DNA of 64,000 nt from Longimicrobiales bacterium (GCA_965202985.1 CBDBCF010000001.1:320001-384000); one strand, 5' to 3'. Positions 49,287 to 59,342 are shown, numbered from the stretch's first letter. The notes: generated by a model not told the origin, from the sequence alone. A program made the numbers and translations.

Positions 49287-49340
49287 CCCGCCGAGTCCGC
49301 GCAATTGCTCGCGTAGGCGTTCTCCGCTTCTCTTTGCTCG

Positions 49341-51716
49341 ATGACTCCAACCACCGTCCTGAACCTGCTCGCGGACAGCCTTCGCCGGCGGAGCGCGGCG
49401 CCTGAAGGTCAGAAGGCCCCGGTGGCCATTCTCTGGCCCGACCCCAAGGAGGAATGGCGCGGCCTTCTGTCGGACCTTCGGGGCAGCGTCCCGGAGCTTC
49501 TGGCGCTGGGCGAGTACGACCCGGAGGCCGGCGTGGGGCCGGCGATCTGGCTCCGCTGCGTCGTGGGCGGAACGTTGCCCGCGCCGTGGGAGCAGGGCGG
49601 CGACGACCTGGACGATCGGGCCGACCGCGACAGCCGCGTCCCGATCCTCTATTTGCCGGGCGTTGCACGCGAGGACCTGCGAGTGGGTCCCGACTGCCCG
49701 GAGCGCTTGAAGCCGCTGGTCGAGCTGATGTATCGCGGGACGATGTGGATTCAACCCAACGGGCGGCCGTGGAGCCCGGCGGCATTCCTCCGATCCCCCA
49801 AAGGGCTAGGCCTCGACATCGCCACCGACGCCGCAACTCGCAAAGCCTTGACCAGCGCCTTGCCGGAAGTCGCCCCGCTTCTCGTTGCCAACCTTCGGGG
49901 CCACCACTGGGACGCCAACGACTTCAACCGGCTGCTGGCCGGCGATCTCGAGCGGGACGTCCTGCGGTGGATGGCCGATCCGGACGGAGCCAGGAATCGC
50001 ATGGACGCCGGCACTTGGAGCGCGTTCCGCGCCCGTTGCCGCCAAGAGTTGGAGCTGGACCCGGAGGCCGACGCGGACGTGGACGCGGCCGTCAAGCTGG
50101 TCAAGGGAATGGGCCAATGGGGCAAGGTGTGGGACCGGTTCGCGGAGGCGCCGCATGCCCACTCCGGCGTCGTGGAGGTGCTGCGGCGAGGCCGGCCGTC
50201 GGGCGAAATCCCGCTTGACCGCGACCGTTGGCCCGACCTGAACGCGGAGGACGAGGCGGCGGCGCGGAAGGAGCTGGCGGCCGTCGTCGGGCTCTCGCCC
50301 AAGGCGGCTCGGGCCGCGGTGGCCAAGCTGGAGTCGGCGCACGGTCCCAGGCGCGAATGGCTGTGGGCGCGTCTCGGCGAATCACAGGTCGCACGACTCT
50401 TGGAGCCCTTGGCTCGACTGGCCGAGGCCACCCGGGTCGCCATCGGAGGGGCGACGCCCGAGGAGATCGCCGACACCTACGCGAAGGCCGGTTGGCAGGC
50501 CGACGCTGCCGCGCGAGAAGCCGTAGCGCGTGCGGCGGCTTCGGCCCAAGACGAGGCGATGGTCGTCCAGGTCGTCGGCCACCTGCTGGAACCCTGGATG
50601 GACGCGACGGCGCGTGCCTTCCAGTCGGCCGTGGAACGGTCGCCGCCCCCCGGCGTCAACGGCGGGGACCCCGTGGAAGCCGGGGAGAACGAGTGCATTG
50701 TCTTCGTCGACGGACTTCGCTACGAGCTGGGCCGGCGGCTGGCCGAGCGCCTGGAAGAGAAGGGATGCGCCGTCCAGATCGCGCGCCGGTGGGCCGCGCT
50801 GCCCACGGTGACGGCCACCGGGAAGGCCGCCGTCGCCCCCGTCGCCGACCAAGTGGCGGGCGCTGCGCTTGGGCCTGACTTTCGGCCCGAGATCCCCCCC
50901 GGCCCGCGTCCCGCCGACCCCGGCCGTCTGCGCCAGGCAATAGCAGAGCGAGACTACCAGCTTCTCGGAGCAGACGTCCCCGAGATGCCGTTGCAGGCCG
51001 GCGCCCGAGGCTGGATGGAGACCGGCAAGATCGACAAGCTGGGCCACGACCACCCCTCCGATGCCGTTCCCTTCGCCCGTGCCGTCGAGACCGAGCTGGA
51101 GCGGATCGCCCGGAACGTCCTCGGCTTGCTGGAAGTGGGCTGGCGCTCCGTCCGCCTAGTCACCGACCACGGCTGGCTCTGGCTGCCCGGCGGACTGCCC
51201 ATGGTCAGCCTGCCCAAGCACCTTGTGGCCTCCAAGTGGGCCAGATGCGCGGTCGTTTCCGGCGACTCCCGGCCCGCCGACGCGCTTCGCTTCCCGTGGC
51301 GATGGAACACGGCGCAGTCGTTCGCCACGCCGCCGGGAATCGCGTGCTTTAGCAAGCGGAACGAGTACGCGCACGGGGGAGTCAGCATCCAGGAGTGCCT
51401 GACGCCGGACATTCGCGTCGAGCGCGGTGCCGGACCTGCCAGCGCTTCGGCGTCGATCCGCTCGATCGTGTGGTTGCGCTTGCGTTGCGTTGCCGAGGTC
51501 CAGGCAATAGGCGGACCGGCCACGGCGGACATTCGCGTCGGAGGACCATCTGGCCGCTCCGTGGTCCTGGAGTCCAAGCCGGTTGCCGACGACGGCACGG
51601 TGAGCCTAGTCCTGGACGGAGACGAGCACGAAGACGCAGCGTTGACCTTCGTCGTCGCCGACGCCGACGGGCGCGTGCTCGCCCACCAGTCCACCCGCAC
51701 GGGGACCGCCCAGTGA
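49341..51716 (+). CDS. pglZ: BREX-1 phosphatase PglZ
   Basis: AILWPD..EW, GPAIWLRC, VFVDGLRYELG, ALPTVTATGK, IDKLGH, LVTDHGW, YAHGGVSIQEC. Confidence 0.92.
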   Translation: MTPTTVLNLLADSLRRRSAAPEGQKAPVAILWPDPKEEWRGLLSDLRGSVPELLALGEYDPEAGVGPAIWLRCVVGGTLPAPWEQGGDDLDDRADRDSRVPILYLPGVAREDLRVGPDCPERLKPLVELMYRGTMWIQPNGRPWSPAAFLRSPKGLGLDIATDAATRKALTSALPEVAPLLVANLRGHHWDANDFNRLLAGDLERDVLRWMADPDGARNRMDAGTWSAFRARCRQELELDPEADADVDAAVKLVKGMGQWGKVWDRFAEAPHAHSGVVEVLRRGRPSGEIPLDRDRWPDLNAEDEAAARKELAAVVGLSPKAARAAVAKLESAHGPRREWLWARLGESQVARLLEPLARLAEATRVAIGGATPEEIADTYAKAGWQADAAAREAVARAAASAQDEAMVVQVVGHLLEPWMDATARAFQSAVERSPPPGVNGGDPVEAGENECIVFVDGLRYELGRRLAERLEEKGCAVQIARRWAALPTVTATGKAAVAPVADQVAGAALGPDFRPEIPPGPRPADPGRLRQAIAERDYQLLGADVPEMPLQAGARGWMETGKIDKLGHDHPSDAVPFARAVETELERIARNVLGLLEVGWRSVRLVTDHGWLWLPGGLPMVSLPKHLVASKWARCAVVSGDSRPADALRFPWRWNTAQSFATPPGIACFSKRNEYAHGGVSIQECLTPDIRVERGAGPASASASIRSIVWLRLRCVAEVQAIGGPATADIRVGGPSGRSVVLESKPVADDGTVSLVLDGDEHEDAALTFVVADADGRVLAHQSTRTGTAQ

Positions 51717-53782
51717 CCGACGCCAACGACCGCAGCCGCCCCATGGACGACCTCGACCGCAAGGCCGCCGACGCCTTCCCCGGCTACTTGGTGCGCAAGG
51801 ACCTGGTCCGGCGCTACGCCCGCCAGTACCCGGTGCCGACCTACGTCGTGGAGTTCCTGCTGGGCCGCTACTGCGCCAGCGTGAACGAGGACGAGATCGC
51901 CGAAGGGCTCGCCATCGTCGAGAAGCAGCTGGAGGGGCGCACGGTACGCCCGGGGGACCGCGAGGTCTTTCGCTCTCGCGCCAGGGAGGACGGCTCGGTG
52001 AAGCTGATCGACGTGGTGCGGGTGCGGTTGGACGCGCAGAACGACCGCTACGTGGCCGAGCTGCCCAGCCTGTCGCTGAAGGACGCGCGGATCGGCGACG
52101 GGATCGTAAAGCGCAATCAGCGGCTGCTGTCCGACGGCTTCTATGCGGAGGTGTCGCTGGAGTACGACGCGGTGGTGGCGCTGGAAGAGAAGGGACAGCC
52201 GTTCGGCGTGGCCTCGCTTCGTCCGGTGCAGATGTCGGACCCGAACGTGCTCAACGTGCTGGCCAAGGGCCGCCAGGCGTTCACGACGGTCGAGTGGCTG
52301 GACTTCCTGCTGCGCTCGACCGGACTGGAGCCCGCGGCGATGGACGAGTCGGCCAAGCGCGTGGCGCTGCTGCGCTTGGTGCCGTTCGTGGAGCGCAACT
52401 ACAACATGGTCGAACTTGGGCCGCGCGGTACCGGAAAGAGTCACGTCTACCAGCAGATTTCGCCGTGCTCTCACCTGCTGTCGGGCGGCAAGGCGACAGT
52501 TGCGAAGATGTTCGTGAACATGGCCAACGGGCAGCGCGGCTTGGTCTGCCAGTACGACGTGGTGTGCTTCGACGAGATCGCCGGCATCTCGTTCGACCAG
52601 AAGGACGGCGTGAACATCATGAAGGGGTACATGGCGTCGGGCGAGTTCAGTCGGGGCAAGGAGAGCATCCGCGCAGAGGGGTCGCTGGTCATGGTCGGCA
52701 ACTTCGACGTCTCGGTCGAGCAGCAGCAGCGCATTGGTCATCTGCTGAGCCCTCTGCCCCCCCAGATGCGCGACGACACTGCCTTTCACGACCGCATTCA
52801 CGCCTACGCGCCGGGCTGGGACTTTCCCAAGCTGGACCCGCGCAAGCACCTGACCAACCACTTCGGCCTGGTCAACGACTTCGTGAGCGCGTGCTGGACG
52901 CGACTGCGCGAGACGACCCGCCTGCCGGTCCTGCAGAACCGCGTCTTCTGGGGCGGGGCCATGTCCGGCAGGGACATCGAGGCCGTGAACAAGACCGTTT
53001 CCGGGCTGGTCAAGCTCCTATTCCCCGGCCCGGCCATGCCCGTGGAGGACGAGGACCTGGAGTGGGTGGTGCGTTTGGCCCTGGAGTCGCGCCGGCGCGT
53101 CAAGGAACAGCAGAAGCGGTGCCTGAAGGCCGAGTTCCGCGACACGCACTTCTCCTTCGTCCTGGGCGTGGACGGCGCCGAACAGTTCGTCGCCACCCCG
53201 GAGCTGCGAAGCGACGAAGCGATCAGCGCCGATCCCCTGCCCGCCGGCCAAGTCTGGTCGATCGGCCCGGGCGCGGAGGGCGCCGGTCCCGGCCTCCACC
53301 GCATCGAGGTCGCAACCGGTCCCGGCGGCGGCGCCAAGATCCTCAACCACCCGGTGCCGCCCTCATTTCGCGAGAGCGTGCGCATTGGCGAACAGAACTT
53401 GTACGCCCAGGCCGCCGAGTTGGTGGGCCAGCACGACGCCCGAGGCAACGAGTACGCGATTCAGCTGCGCCCGTTCGACGCCGACCGCTCGGGCGCGGGC
53501 CTGGGCTTGGCGGTGCTGGCGGCTATGGTCGGCGCGCTGCTGGACCGTCGCACGCGCGGCGGCGCCATCGTGGCGGGCGCCCTCAACCTGGGCGGCTCCT
53601 TGGAGCGCGTGGCCGATCCCGTCGCCATCGCCGAGCTCGCCGCCGACAAGCAGGCCTCCGTCCTCCTGATGCCCGTAGGCGCCCGGCGCGAGCTGGCCAA
53701 CCTCCCCGACGACATCTGGACCAAGCTCAACATCGAGTTCTACAAGGACGGCCCCGACGCTGTGTTCAAGGCGCTGGAGTAG
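51713..53782 (+). CDS. brxL: BREX Lon-like protein BrxL
   Basis: VPTYVVEFLLGRYC, NYNMVELGPRGTGKSH, FDEIAG, MKGYMASGEFSRG, DTAFHDRIH, C-terminal Lon-like domain; GTGA overlap with pglZ. Confidence 0.93.
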   Translation: MTDANDRSRPMDDLDRKAADAFPGYLVRKDLVRRYARQYPVPTYVVEFLLGRYCASVNEDEIAEGLAIVEKQLEGRTVRPGDREVFRSRAREDGSVKLIDVVRVRLDAQNDRYVAELPSLSLKDARIGDGIVKRNQRLLSDGFYAEVSLEYDAVVALEEKGQPFGVASLRPVQMSDPNVLNVLAKGRQAFTTVEWLDFLLRSTGLEPAAMDESAKRVALLRLVPFVERNYNMVELGPRGTGKSHVYQQISPCSHLLSGGKATVAKMFVNMANGQRGLVCQYDVVCFDEIAGISFDQKDGVNIMKGYMASGEFSRGKESIRAEGSLVMVGNFDVSVEQQQRIGHLLSPLPPQMRDDTAFHDRIHAYAPGWDFPKLDPRKHLTNHFGLVNDFVSACWTRLRETTRLPVLQNRVFWGGAMSGRDIEAVNKTVSGLVKLLFPGPAMPVEDEDLEWVVRLALESRRRVKEQQKRCLKAEFRDTHFSFVLGVDGAEQFVATPELRSDEAISADPLPAGQVWSIGPGAEGAGPGLHRIEVATGPGGGAKILNHPVPPSFRESVRIGEQNLYAQAAELVGQHDARGNEYAIQLRPFDADRSGAGLGLAVLAAMVGALLDRRTRGGAIVAGALNLGGSLERVADPVAIAELAADKQASVLLMPVGARRELANLPDDIWTKLNIEFYKDGPDAVFKALE

Positions 53783-53850
53783 GGGCGGGCCGTCCGATCC
53801 TTACACAGACGCCATGGCCGAGCACGGAGCGGACGGGCGCCGTCGGCGGA

Positions 53851-54267
53851 TCAACCCGTGTGACGCCGACCGAGAAAGTATCCCAGACCAAGGCCAGATA
53901 CGAGAGAAAAGGCATATCCTACGAAATCCTGTGCCGTGTTTCGTTGGGGATCGGTACCCCAGAAAGCCATAAACAAGACAATACCCGTCATGGCAGCCGC
54001 AGAAACAATGAACGCCCAGGTGACATTCCTGGCATGGCGAAAACGGTCCTGGCGATGCTCGTCATCACGTCGCAACCGCTCCGTAGCATATTCATGATAG
54101 CGTTGGCTGTCTGCATTCTGCTTGTCAATGGCTTTATGCATCACGTCAGTCGCACGATCCCTACTTGCAATACGTTCTCTTTCGACAGCAACCATGTCCT
54201 GCCACATCTCAAGCTGGCTATCTTCATCTTGACGCGCCGAAGCTACTGTTCCGGTGTCGCTGCTCAT
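53851..54267 (-). CDS. Coiled-coil + 2-TM membrane protein
   Basis: Charged helical N-terminus, two C-terminal hydrophobic helices ending GLGLGYFLGRR; low GC. Confidence 0.6.
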   Translation of the reverse strand: MSSDTGTVASARQDEDSQLEMWQDMVAVERERIASRDRATDVMHKAIDKQNADSQRYHEYATERLRRDDEHRQDRFRHARNVTWAFIVSAAAMTGIVLFMAFWGTDPQRNTAQDFVGYAFSLVSGLGLGYFLGRRHTG

Positions 54268-54536
54268 CCCAACATATCCTTGTCGTCGTGGCCAGTGCGT
54301 AGCGAAGGCCGATCCAACAACAGTTCGGGGTCAGCTCCATCCGCAATCAAGTCCATTGCCACGCAAAACGACACCGTGTAGACACGGTAGCTTCCATAGG
54401 GCAACTCCTCGAACTGCGTCACCGCGTCGTCTGCGACCTGCACCGCATTTCTGCGAGACACCTCCTCCAACGCCTCTCGGAGCGTGTCGTGGTAGCTATC
54501 TGGAAGCAGTCGCGGCAGGATGTCGAAGCGGACCAT
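54264..54536 (-). CDS. Small hypothetical protein coupled to the 2-TM protein
   Basis: 90-aa ORF, AAGGA RBS, ATGA overlap with the next gene. Confidence 0.5.
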   Translation of the reverse strand: MVRFDILPRLLPDSYHDTLREALEEVSRRNAVQVADDAVTQFEELPYGSYRVYTVSFCVAMDLIADGADPELLLDRPSLRTGHDDKDMLG

Positions 54537-54759
54537 GTAGATTCCTTCAAGGTCTCGGACAGGTGGTCGGTCACTAGCGACGCCGTAGGGCTCCGTACCG
54601 CGCCGCTTCCGAATGCTAAAGCTGGTCCCGATCCTGGCCTAGCGCAACCCCACACCACCCCGAGCACCACGGACGGCGCACCGGCCGTCTCCGCCCGTCC
54701 CTGCTCACCGCCGTTCTGCGCGTGTTCCTCCACCCACTCTTGGCGACCGCGGAGAACGC

Positions 54760-55947
54760 TCACCCAAGCGGCCCCATCTCGACGTTCGCCACGCCCTTGA
54801 GCGGCAGGGCCGTGATGCCCTCCGCCAGCGGGTACTCCCGGTCGCCGGGGTAGGCCACCCAGAGGTGCGCCAGCTTCAGGTCGGCGGTTGCCACGTGCAT
54901 CGACCGGGTGGTGCGGGGCGCGTCGGTGCACTTGAACTCGAAGCCCCACCGGCGGCCGTTGCGGAGCAGCAGCAGATCCAGTTCGGCCCCGCGTTGGGTG
55001 GCGTAGAAGTACGCCTCGTGCTCGCCGTGGGCGGCCAGGACCTGTTCCAGCGCGAACCCCTCCCAGCTGGCGCCGTAGCGGGGGTGGGCGGGCAGGCTTC
55101 GCGGGTCCTCCAGCCCCAGCAGGTGGTGGAGGACGCCGCTGTCCCGCAGATAGACCTTGGGCGACTTGACCAGGCGCTTGCCCAGATTCTCGAACCACGG
55201 GCGGAGCACGCGAACCATGAACGTGCCGGTCAGCAGGTCGCGGTAGTGGTTGACGGTCTTGGCCGCGGCGTCCATCGACCGGCCAAACTCGGCGGCGTTC
55301 CAGGTTCCTCCGTGACGGTGAGCGAGCATTCGCCAGAACCGGCCCAGCGCCTCGGGGGGAACGCGGGAGCCCAGGCCGGGCACGTCCCGCTCCAGGAACG
55401 TTCGGGCGAACGACTGCATCCAACGGACCCACGCTCCGTCCGACGACGCCAAGTAGGCTCGGGGGAAGCCACCGCGCATCCAGAGCCGGTCCAAGTTCTC
55501 CGGTCCGGCTTCGGCCAACGAGAAGCCGCCCACCTGCACGAACAGGACGCGCCCCGCGAGCGTCTCCGACACGCCCCGGATCAGGTCCCACGAAGCGCTG
55601 CCCAGCAACAGGAACACGGCCTTGCGCTCCGGGTCGTCGCACGCCGGGCGCAGCACCTCGAAGAGCTGCGGCATCCGCTGGACCTCGTCGACGACCACAA
55701 GTCCCTCGCTGCCTCGGAGCACTCTCTCGGGCGTGGCCGACAACGCCTGCCGGCCGGCGGCCGTCTCCAGGTCGAAGAACGTGGACGGACCCGGCCACGC
55801 TGCTGCGACCTGCCGGGCCAGCGTGGTCTTGCCGGTCTGGCGAGCGCCCAGCAGGGCGACCACCGGCGCCTCCGAGAGCCCTTCCATCGTCTCGCGGAAG
55901 AGCGTCGGGCGCGGCAGCAATTGTCGTTTATCGGGAGGCAAGGTCAT
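54760..55947 (-). CDS. AAA ATPase + DUF4143 protein (intact)
   Basis: GARQTGKTT, VDEVQR, LGSAS, GGFP, KSPKVYLRDSG, GASWEG, ELDL, EFK. Confidence 0.88.
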   Translation of the reverse strand: MTLPPDKRQLLPRPTLFRETMEGLSEAPVVALLGARQTGKTTLARQVAAAWPGPSTFFDLETAAGRQALSATPERVLRGSEGLVVVDEVQRMPQLFEVLRPACDDPERKAVFLLLGSASWDLIRGVSETLAGRVLFVQVGGFSLAEAGPENLDRLWMRGGFPRAYLASSDGAWVRWMQSFARTFLERDVPGLGSRVPPEALGRFWRMLAHRHGGTWNAAEFGRSMDAAAKTVNHYRDLLTGTFMVRVLRPWFENLGKRLVKSPKVYLRDSGVLHHLLGLEDPRSLPAHPRYGASWEGFALEQVLAAHGEHEAYFYATQRGAELDLLLLRNGRRWGFEFKCTDAPRTTRSMHVATADLKLAHLWVAYPGDREYPLAEGITALPLKGVANVEMGPLG

Positions 55948-55987
55948 GATATTCGACAATAATGGGGCCACGCGGGGGCCGTCAAGC

Positions 55988-56770
55988 CTACCCTTCCAGC
56001 CGTCTCAGCGCCTCCGCGGCCTGGGCGTTCCCTCTTTCCGCCGCCCGGCGATACCAAGCGACGGCGGCCTCCACGTCTTGGGCCACACCGCGGCCCGCTT
56101 CGTAGGCTTCTCCCAGGCGCAGCTGCGTGATGGCGTCGCCCTGCTCGGCTGCTTGCGTCCACCACCTGACCGCCAGGGCCGGGTCAAGCGGCACGCCTCG
56201 GCCGTCCGAGTAGGCGTTGGCCAGGTTGTGAGCGCCCAGGACGTGGCCCCGCTCCGCCGCCCGCCGATGCCACAGGGCGGCCTGCGCCGGGTCCACGGGC
56301 TTGCCCAGGCCTTCGTCGTAGGCGGTGCCCATCAAGAAGACGGCCTCCAGGACGCCGGCCTCCGCGGAAGTCTCGACCGCGCCGATCACCGTGCGAGCCG
56401 TCCGACGCGCCGCCTCTTCGTCGCGGGGGAAGCCCATGCGCCCGCGCGAGTGCACACGAGCCAACCACATGACGGCGATGGCGTTGCCGGCGGGGGTTGC
56501 GTCTTCCCGGCCGGCCACCTGCTCCGACGGCGTGGCCCGCTCGGTGCGCTCGGCGCCGGCTGCGCCGCTCAACCCCGCCGCCCGTTCGAGCAGCTCCCGG
56601 GCCCGGCCGTCGTCGACCCGGCCCGCCGCGCCCGTGTACCAATCCACCGCCTCCAGCAGTTCGGCGCTGGGCTCGACCGGAGGGCTCGCCGGCGGCGGCC
56701 CGGCGCACCCCGCCGACACGGACGCGCCGACAACTGGAACAAGAAGGCCGGCGACGAGGCTCCGTCTCAC
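55988..56770 (-). CDS. Sel1-repeat lipoprotein
   Basis: VSAGC lipobox; repeated Y..G.GV..D...A..W...AAE.G units. Confidence 0.85.
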   Translation of the reverse strand: MRRSLVAGLLVPVVGASVSAGCAGPPPASPPVEPSAELLEAVDWYTGAAGRVDDGRARELLERAAGLSGAAGAERTERATPSEQVAGREDATPAGNAIAVMWLARVHSRGRMGFPRDEEAARRTARTVIGAVETSAEAGVLEAVFLMGTAYDEGLGKPVDPAQAALWHRRAAERGHVLGAHNLANAYSDGRGVPLDPALAVRWWTQAAEQGDAITQLRLGEAYEAGRGVAQDVEAAVAWYRRAAERGNAQAAEALRRLEG

Positions 56771-57564
56771 TCCAAGTCCTCTCCCGACAGCCCGAGTTGG
56801 TCCAGCACCTCCTGCGGCGGCCCGTCGAAGGCGGGCAGAGGCACGTTGCCCACGTAGCCGAGGTCTTGCATTCCCGCGTCCGTCGTCCAGAAGCCCGTGG
56901 AGACCGTGTCGCGGAACATGTCGAAGAAACGGGCCTGGGTCTTCAGGTGCGACGGGGCGGCGGGCTCGTGGCAGATCTCGTCGCAGACCTGTCGCCTCCG
57001 TTCCTCGGGGAGGGCCGCGAAGGCGGCAGCGCCGAAGCGCTCCCGAGCCTCGCGGTTCAGCCAAGCGAAGCCGCCGCGCACCAGCGTCAGAAGCTCCTCG
57101 TGGCCGGGGGCCGACAGGAACTCGTTCACGTAGGCGGGGACGCCCACAGCGCTGGCCGACGGGGAACGGTCGTCGGCGGGCACGATCACGTCGGCAAGGA
57201 CCGCGGTCATCTCCAGCTCCTCGGCGGTCAGCACCAACTCCCAGGGCACGACGGGCGCCAGCAGGTCGGGGTCGGCAAGGGTGCCCGCCGCCAGCGGATT
57301 GCTGGGGGGCAGCGGATCGAAGCCCGAAAGAGCCTCGTGGGCGGACTCGGGCGGGGACTCGGTCGGTCCGCACGTCGCGTTTGCAAGCGCCGCCGTGGAC
57401 GCCGCTGTCGTCGCAAGGACCTTGAGGGCCTTCCGGCGCGTCAGATCGGCAGGGCCGGAGGCGCCGGTCAAGCACTCGGCGTCGGCCGCGTCCGAGCCGC
57501 TGGGTGGGCCGGAGCCGCAGGGCGCACCAAGGCCGCCGGCCGTGTCGGAGAAATCCGCGCTCAC
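56767..57564 (-). CDS. Gluconate 2-dehydrogenase subunit 3-like protein (TAT)
   Basis: LTRRKALK twin-Arg, LADVIVPADD.SPSA...GV, GFWTT..G..DLGYVGN. Confidence 0.8.
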   Translation of the reverse strand: MSADFSDTAGGLGAPCGSGPPSGSDAADAECLTGASGPADLTRRKALKVLATTAASTAALANATCGPTESPPESAHEALSGFDPLPPSNPLAAGTLADPDLLAPVVPWELVLTAEELEMTAVLADVIVPADDRSPSASAVGVPAYVNEFLSAPGHEELLTLVRGGFAWLNREARERFGAAAFAALPEERRRQVCDEICHEPAAPSHLKTQARFFDMFRDTVSTGFWTTDAGMQDLGYVGNVPLPAFDGPPQEVLDQLGLSGEDLE

Positions 57565-59342
57565 CCGATACTCCGCGTGGCCAGCTGGTCCACGATGTAG
57601 TCCGCCGCGCGCCACGCAATCGCCAGGATCGACAGGGTGGGGTTCTTGTCGGCGTTCGACGCGAAGCAGCCGCCGTCGGTCACGAACAGGTTGGGCACGT
57701 CCCAGGACTGGCAGAACGAGTTCAGCACCGAGCTTCGGGGGTCGTCGCCCATGCGGACGCCGCCGACCTCGTGGATGATCTGGCCGCCCTTGGAGATCGC
57801 CTTGGCGCCGTCGTCGTGAACGGGGGTGAGCAGCGTGCCGCCCATTTCGTCCACGATTCCGGCGAAGGCGCGCTGCATGTGGACGGCTTGGCGCAGCTCG
57901 TGGTCCGACCACTTCCAGTGGAACCGCAGGACGGGGATGCCGTAGCGGTCCACCTTGCTCGAGTCGATCTCGCACCAGCAGTCCTCGTTGGGGATCATCT
58001 CGCCCCGCCCGTTGAAGAAGAGGAAGCTGCCGTAGTAGCGTCGGCAGTCCTCCTTGAACTGTCGGCCGTAGCTGCCGCCGGTCAGGGGTTCCAGTCCGGA
58101 GAAGGCCCCGGCTCCGGGCATCCGCCGCCCGCCGCCGAACTCCACGTGGTAGCCGCGGGGAAAGTCCAGTCGGCCCGCCAGCTGCTCGCCGTAGAGCCAC
58201 CAGGGCATGTACATGTGCATCTCCGAAGCGCCGTCCTCGTTGTGCGGGGGCAGACCCTGCAGGGCGGGTATGTGCGCGTAGACGCCGGCGCCCACGGTGT
58301 CCATCAGGTGCTTGCCCACGAGCCCGGACGAGTTGGCCAAGCCGTCGGGGAACAGAGGGCCGGTCGAGTTGAGCAGGATGCGCGCCGACTCGCAGGCGCT
58401 GGCGGCCAGCACCACCACCCGCGCCGCCGCGAACTCGTCGGTCAGGGTGGTCCTGTCCACGTAGTGCACGCCCGTGGCCCGCCCCCGGTCGTCCACCGCG
58501 ACCTCGCGAACCATGGCGCCCGTCGCCACCTCCAGCCGACCCGTGGCCAGCGCCGGGGGCAGCAGGACGGTGGGAGACTGGAAGTTGGCGCGGATCGAGC
58601 AGCCCCGGCCGCACGGGGTCGCCCAGTAGCAGGCGGCGCGCCCGCGCATGGAGTCGGCGGTCACGCGACGGGCCAGGGCGTTGTCGGGGAACAGGCGGGC
58701 GGGCAGGCGGTCCGCGTCCTGGGTTTCGGTCAGGATCGCCAAGTGGGCGGGGATCACGGGGATGCCCAGCCGCCGGCACGCCTTGCGGGTCAGCAGCTCG
58801 TAGGCGCGGGGCTTGGGCGGCGGCTGCAGCACGCCGGGAGACGAGTTGGGCGTGTTCTCCAGTCCTTCGTTCGACCCGTAAACGCCGATCAGCGTCTCGG
58901 TCTTGTCGTAGTAGGGGGCCAAGTCGGAGTACGACATCGGCCAGTCGAACCCCAGGCCGTCCCGGCTGCGCGGCTTGAAGTCGTACTCGCCCATGCGAAG
59001 CGATATCCGCCCCCAGTGGTTGGTGCGCCCGCCCAGCATCCGCGACCGCCACCACATGAACTCGGAGCCCTCGGCCACCGAGTAGGGTTCGCCGGGCACC
59101 TGCCAGCCCCCGTCCACGGTGGCGTCGTAGAAGCCGAAGGGCTTGGCCGGCGTCGCAGCCCCCCGCAACGGCGCGTCGCGGGGCAGCTGGAACATCGGCG
59201 TCTCGCGCAACGGGTCGTAGTGCCGCCCCGCCTCCAGCAGGAGCACGCGGAGGCCGGAGGTCGCGAGCACGAAGGCGGTCATGGCGCCGCCGGCTCCCGA
59301 GCCGACGACTACGGCATCGTACTGCTCCTGCCTGGGACTCAA
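57561..59342 (-). CDS. GMC family oxidoreductase
   Basis: VVVGSGAGG, LGGRTNHWG, CGRGC, ESARILLNS, IHEVGGVRMG, NPTLSILA; TTGA overlap start. Confidence 0.92.
   Translation of the reverse strand: MSPRQEQYDAVVVGSGAGGAMTAFVLATSGLRVLLLEAGRHYDPLRETPMFQLPRDAPLRGAATPAKPFGFYDATVDGGWQVPGEPYSVAEGSEFMWWRSRMLGGRTNHWGRISLRMGEYDFKPRSRDGLGFDWPMSYSDLAPYYDKTETLIGVYGSNEGLENTPNSSPGVLQPPPKPRAYELLTRKACRRLGIPVIPAHLAILTETQDADRLPARLFPDNALARRVTADSMRGRAACYWATPCGRGCSIRANFQSPTVLLPPALATGRLEVATGAMVREVAVDDRGRATGVHYVDRTTLTDEFAAARVVVLAASACESARILLNSTGPLFPDGLANSSGLVGKHLMDTVGAGVYAHIPALQGLPPHNEDGASEMHMYMPWWLYGEQLAGRLDFPRGYHVEFGGGRRMPGAGAFSGLEPLTGGSYGRQFKEDCRRYYGSFLFFNGRGEMIPNEDCWCEIDSSKVDRYGIPVLRFHWKWSDHELRQAVHMQRAFAGIVDEMGGTLLTPVHDDGAKAISKGGQIIHEVGGVRMGDDPRSSVLNSFCQSWDVPNLFVTDGGCFASNADKNPTLSILAIAWRAADYIVDQLATRSIG

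Noticed and set aside
48748..49311. CRISPR array or integron attC array
   Set aside because: Intervening sequences are related to each other rather than unique, repeats alternate in orientation, there are no cas genes or integron integrase, and no RYYYAAC/GTTRRRY ends
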